NCBI GenBank assembly: GCA_973895155.1
Contig: OZ316891.1
Location: 8,681,875 to 8,745,874 of the forward strand
Source of the DNA: Marsupella aquatica
Taxonomy: Eukaryota > Plantae > Marchantiophyta
Direction: 5' to 3'
Length of the DNA: 64,000 nt
The notes under the pieces were generated by a model, which searched no databases, was not told the DNA's origin, and worked only from the letters and a program-made list of their open reading frames with translations. Numbering within the stretch: the first letter of the stretch is position 1; every line of letters begins with the position of its first letter. Shown in pieces: positions 63,941 through 64,000 of the stretch. The translations under genes were made by a program, and so were the position numbers.

Positions 63941-64000
63941 GTTTGGGTTCCATTTGAGTCCTCTGATGAAATTACATATTGTCTCACACAATTTACAGGG

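Overview
Eukaryotic, intron-containing land-plant nuclear DNA (probably a bryophyte such as a liverwort; inferred from gene and TE style, not proven). Host genes: an intronless SIS/6-phospho-3-hexuloisomerase-like gene carrying a large Lys-rich insert, a 4-exon PsaN-like thylakoid gene, LSm2, an organelle-targeted small heat-shock protein, an RLK/Pelle-type pseudokinase, and a large Agenet/Tudor protein that ends in an unexpected alpha-crystallin (HSP20) domain. Mobile or foreign DNA: a young full-length Ty1/Copia element (475-bp LTRs, 5-bp TSD, gag and pol in one frame split by a single TGA) inserted into a pre-existing hairpin, a spliced and stop-mutated Crypton/DUF3504-type tyrosine recombinase gene, a stand-alone Copia-gag-derived ORF with a duplicated module behind an ~89-bp tandem array, a mitochondrial insertion with trnG-GCC in a 147-bp inverted repeat, tRNA-like SINE candidates and a degenerate LINE ORF1. 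All calls come from reading motifs by eye; no searches were run. The best leads are the Agenet-DUF7028-ACD fusion, the plant Crypton-like recombinase, the possibly domesticated gag, and the gag-pol stop codon.
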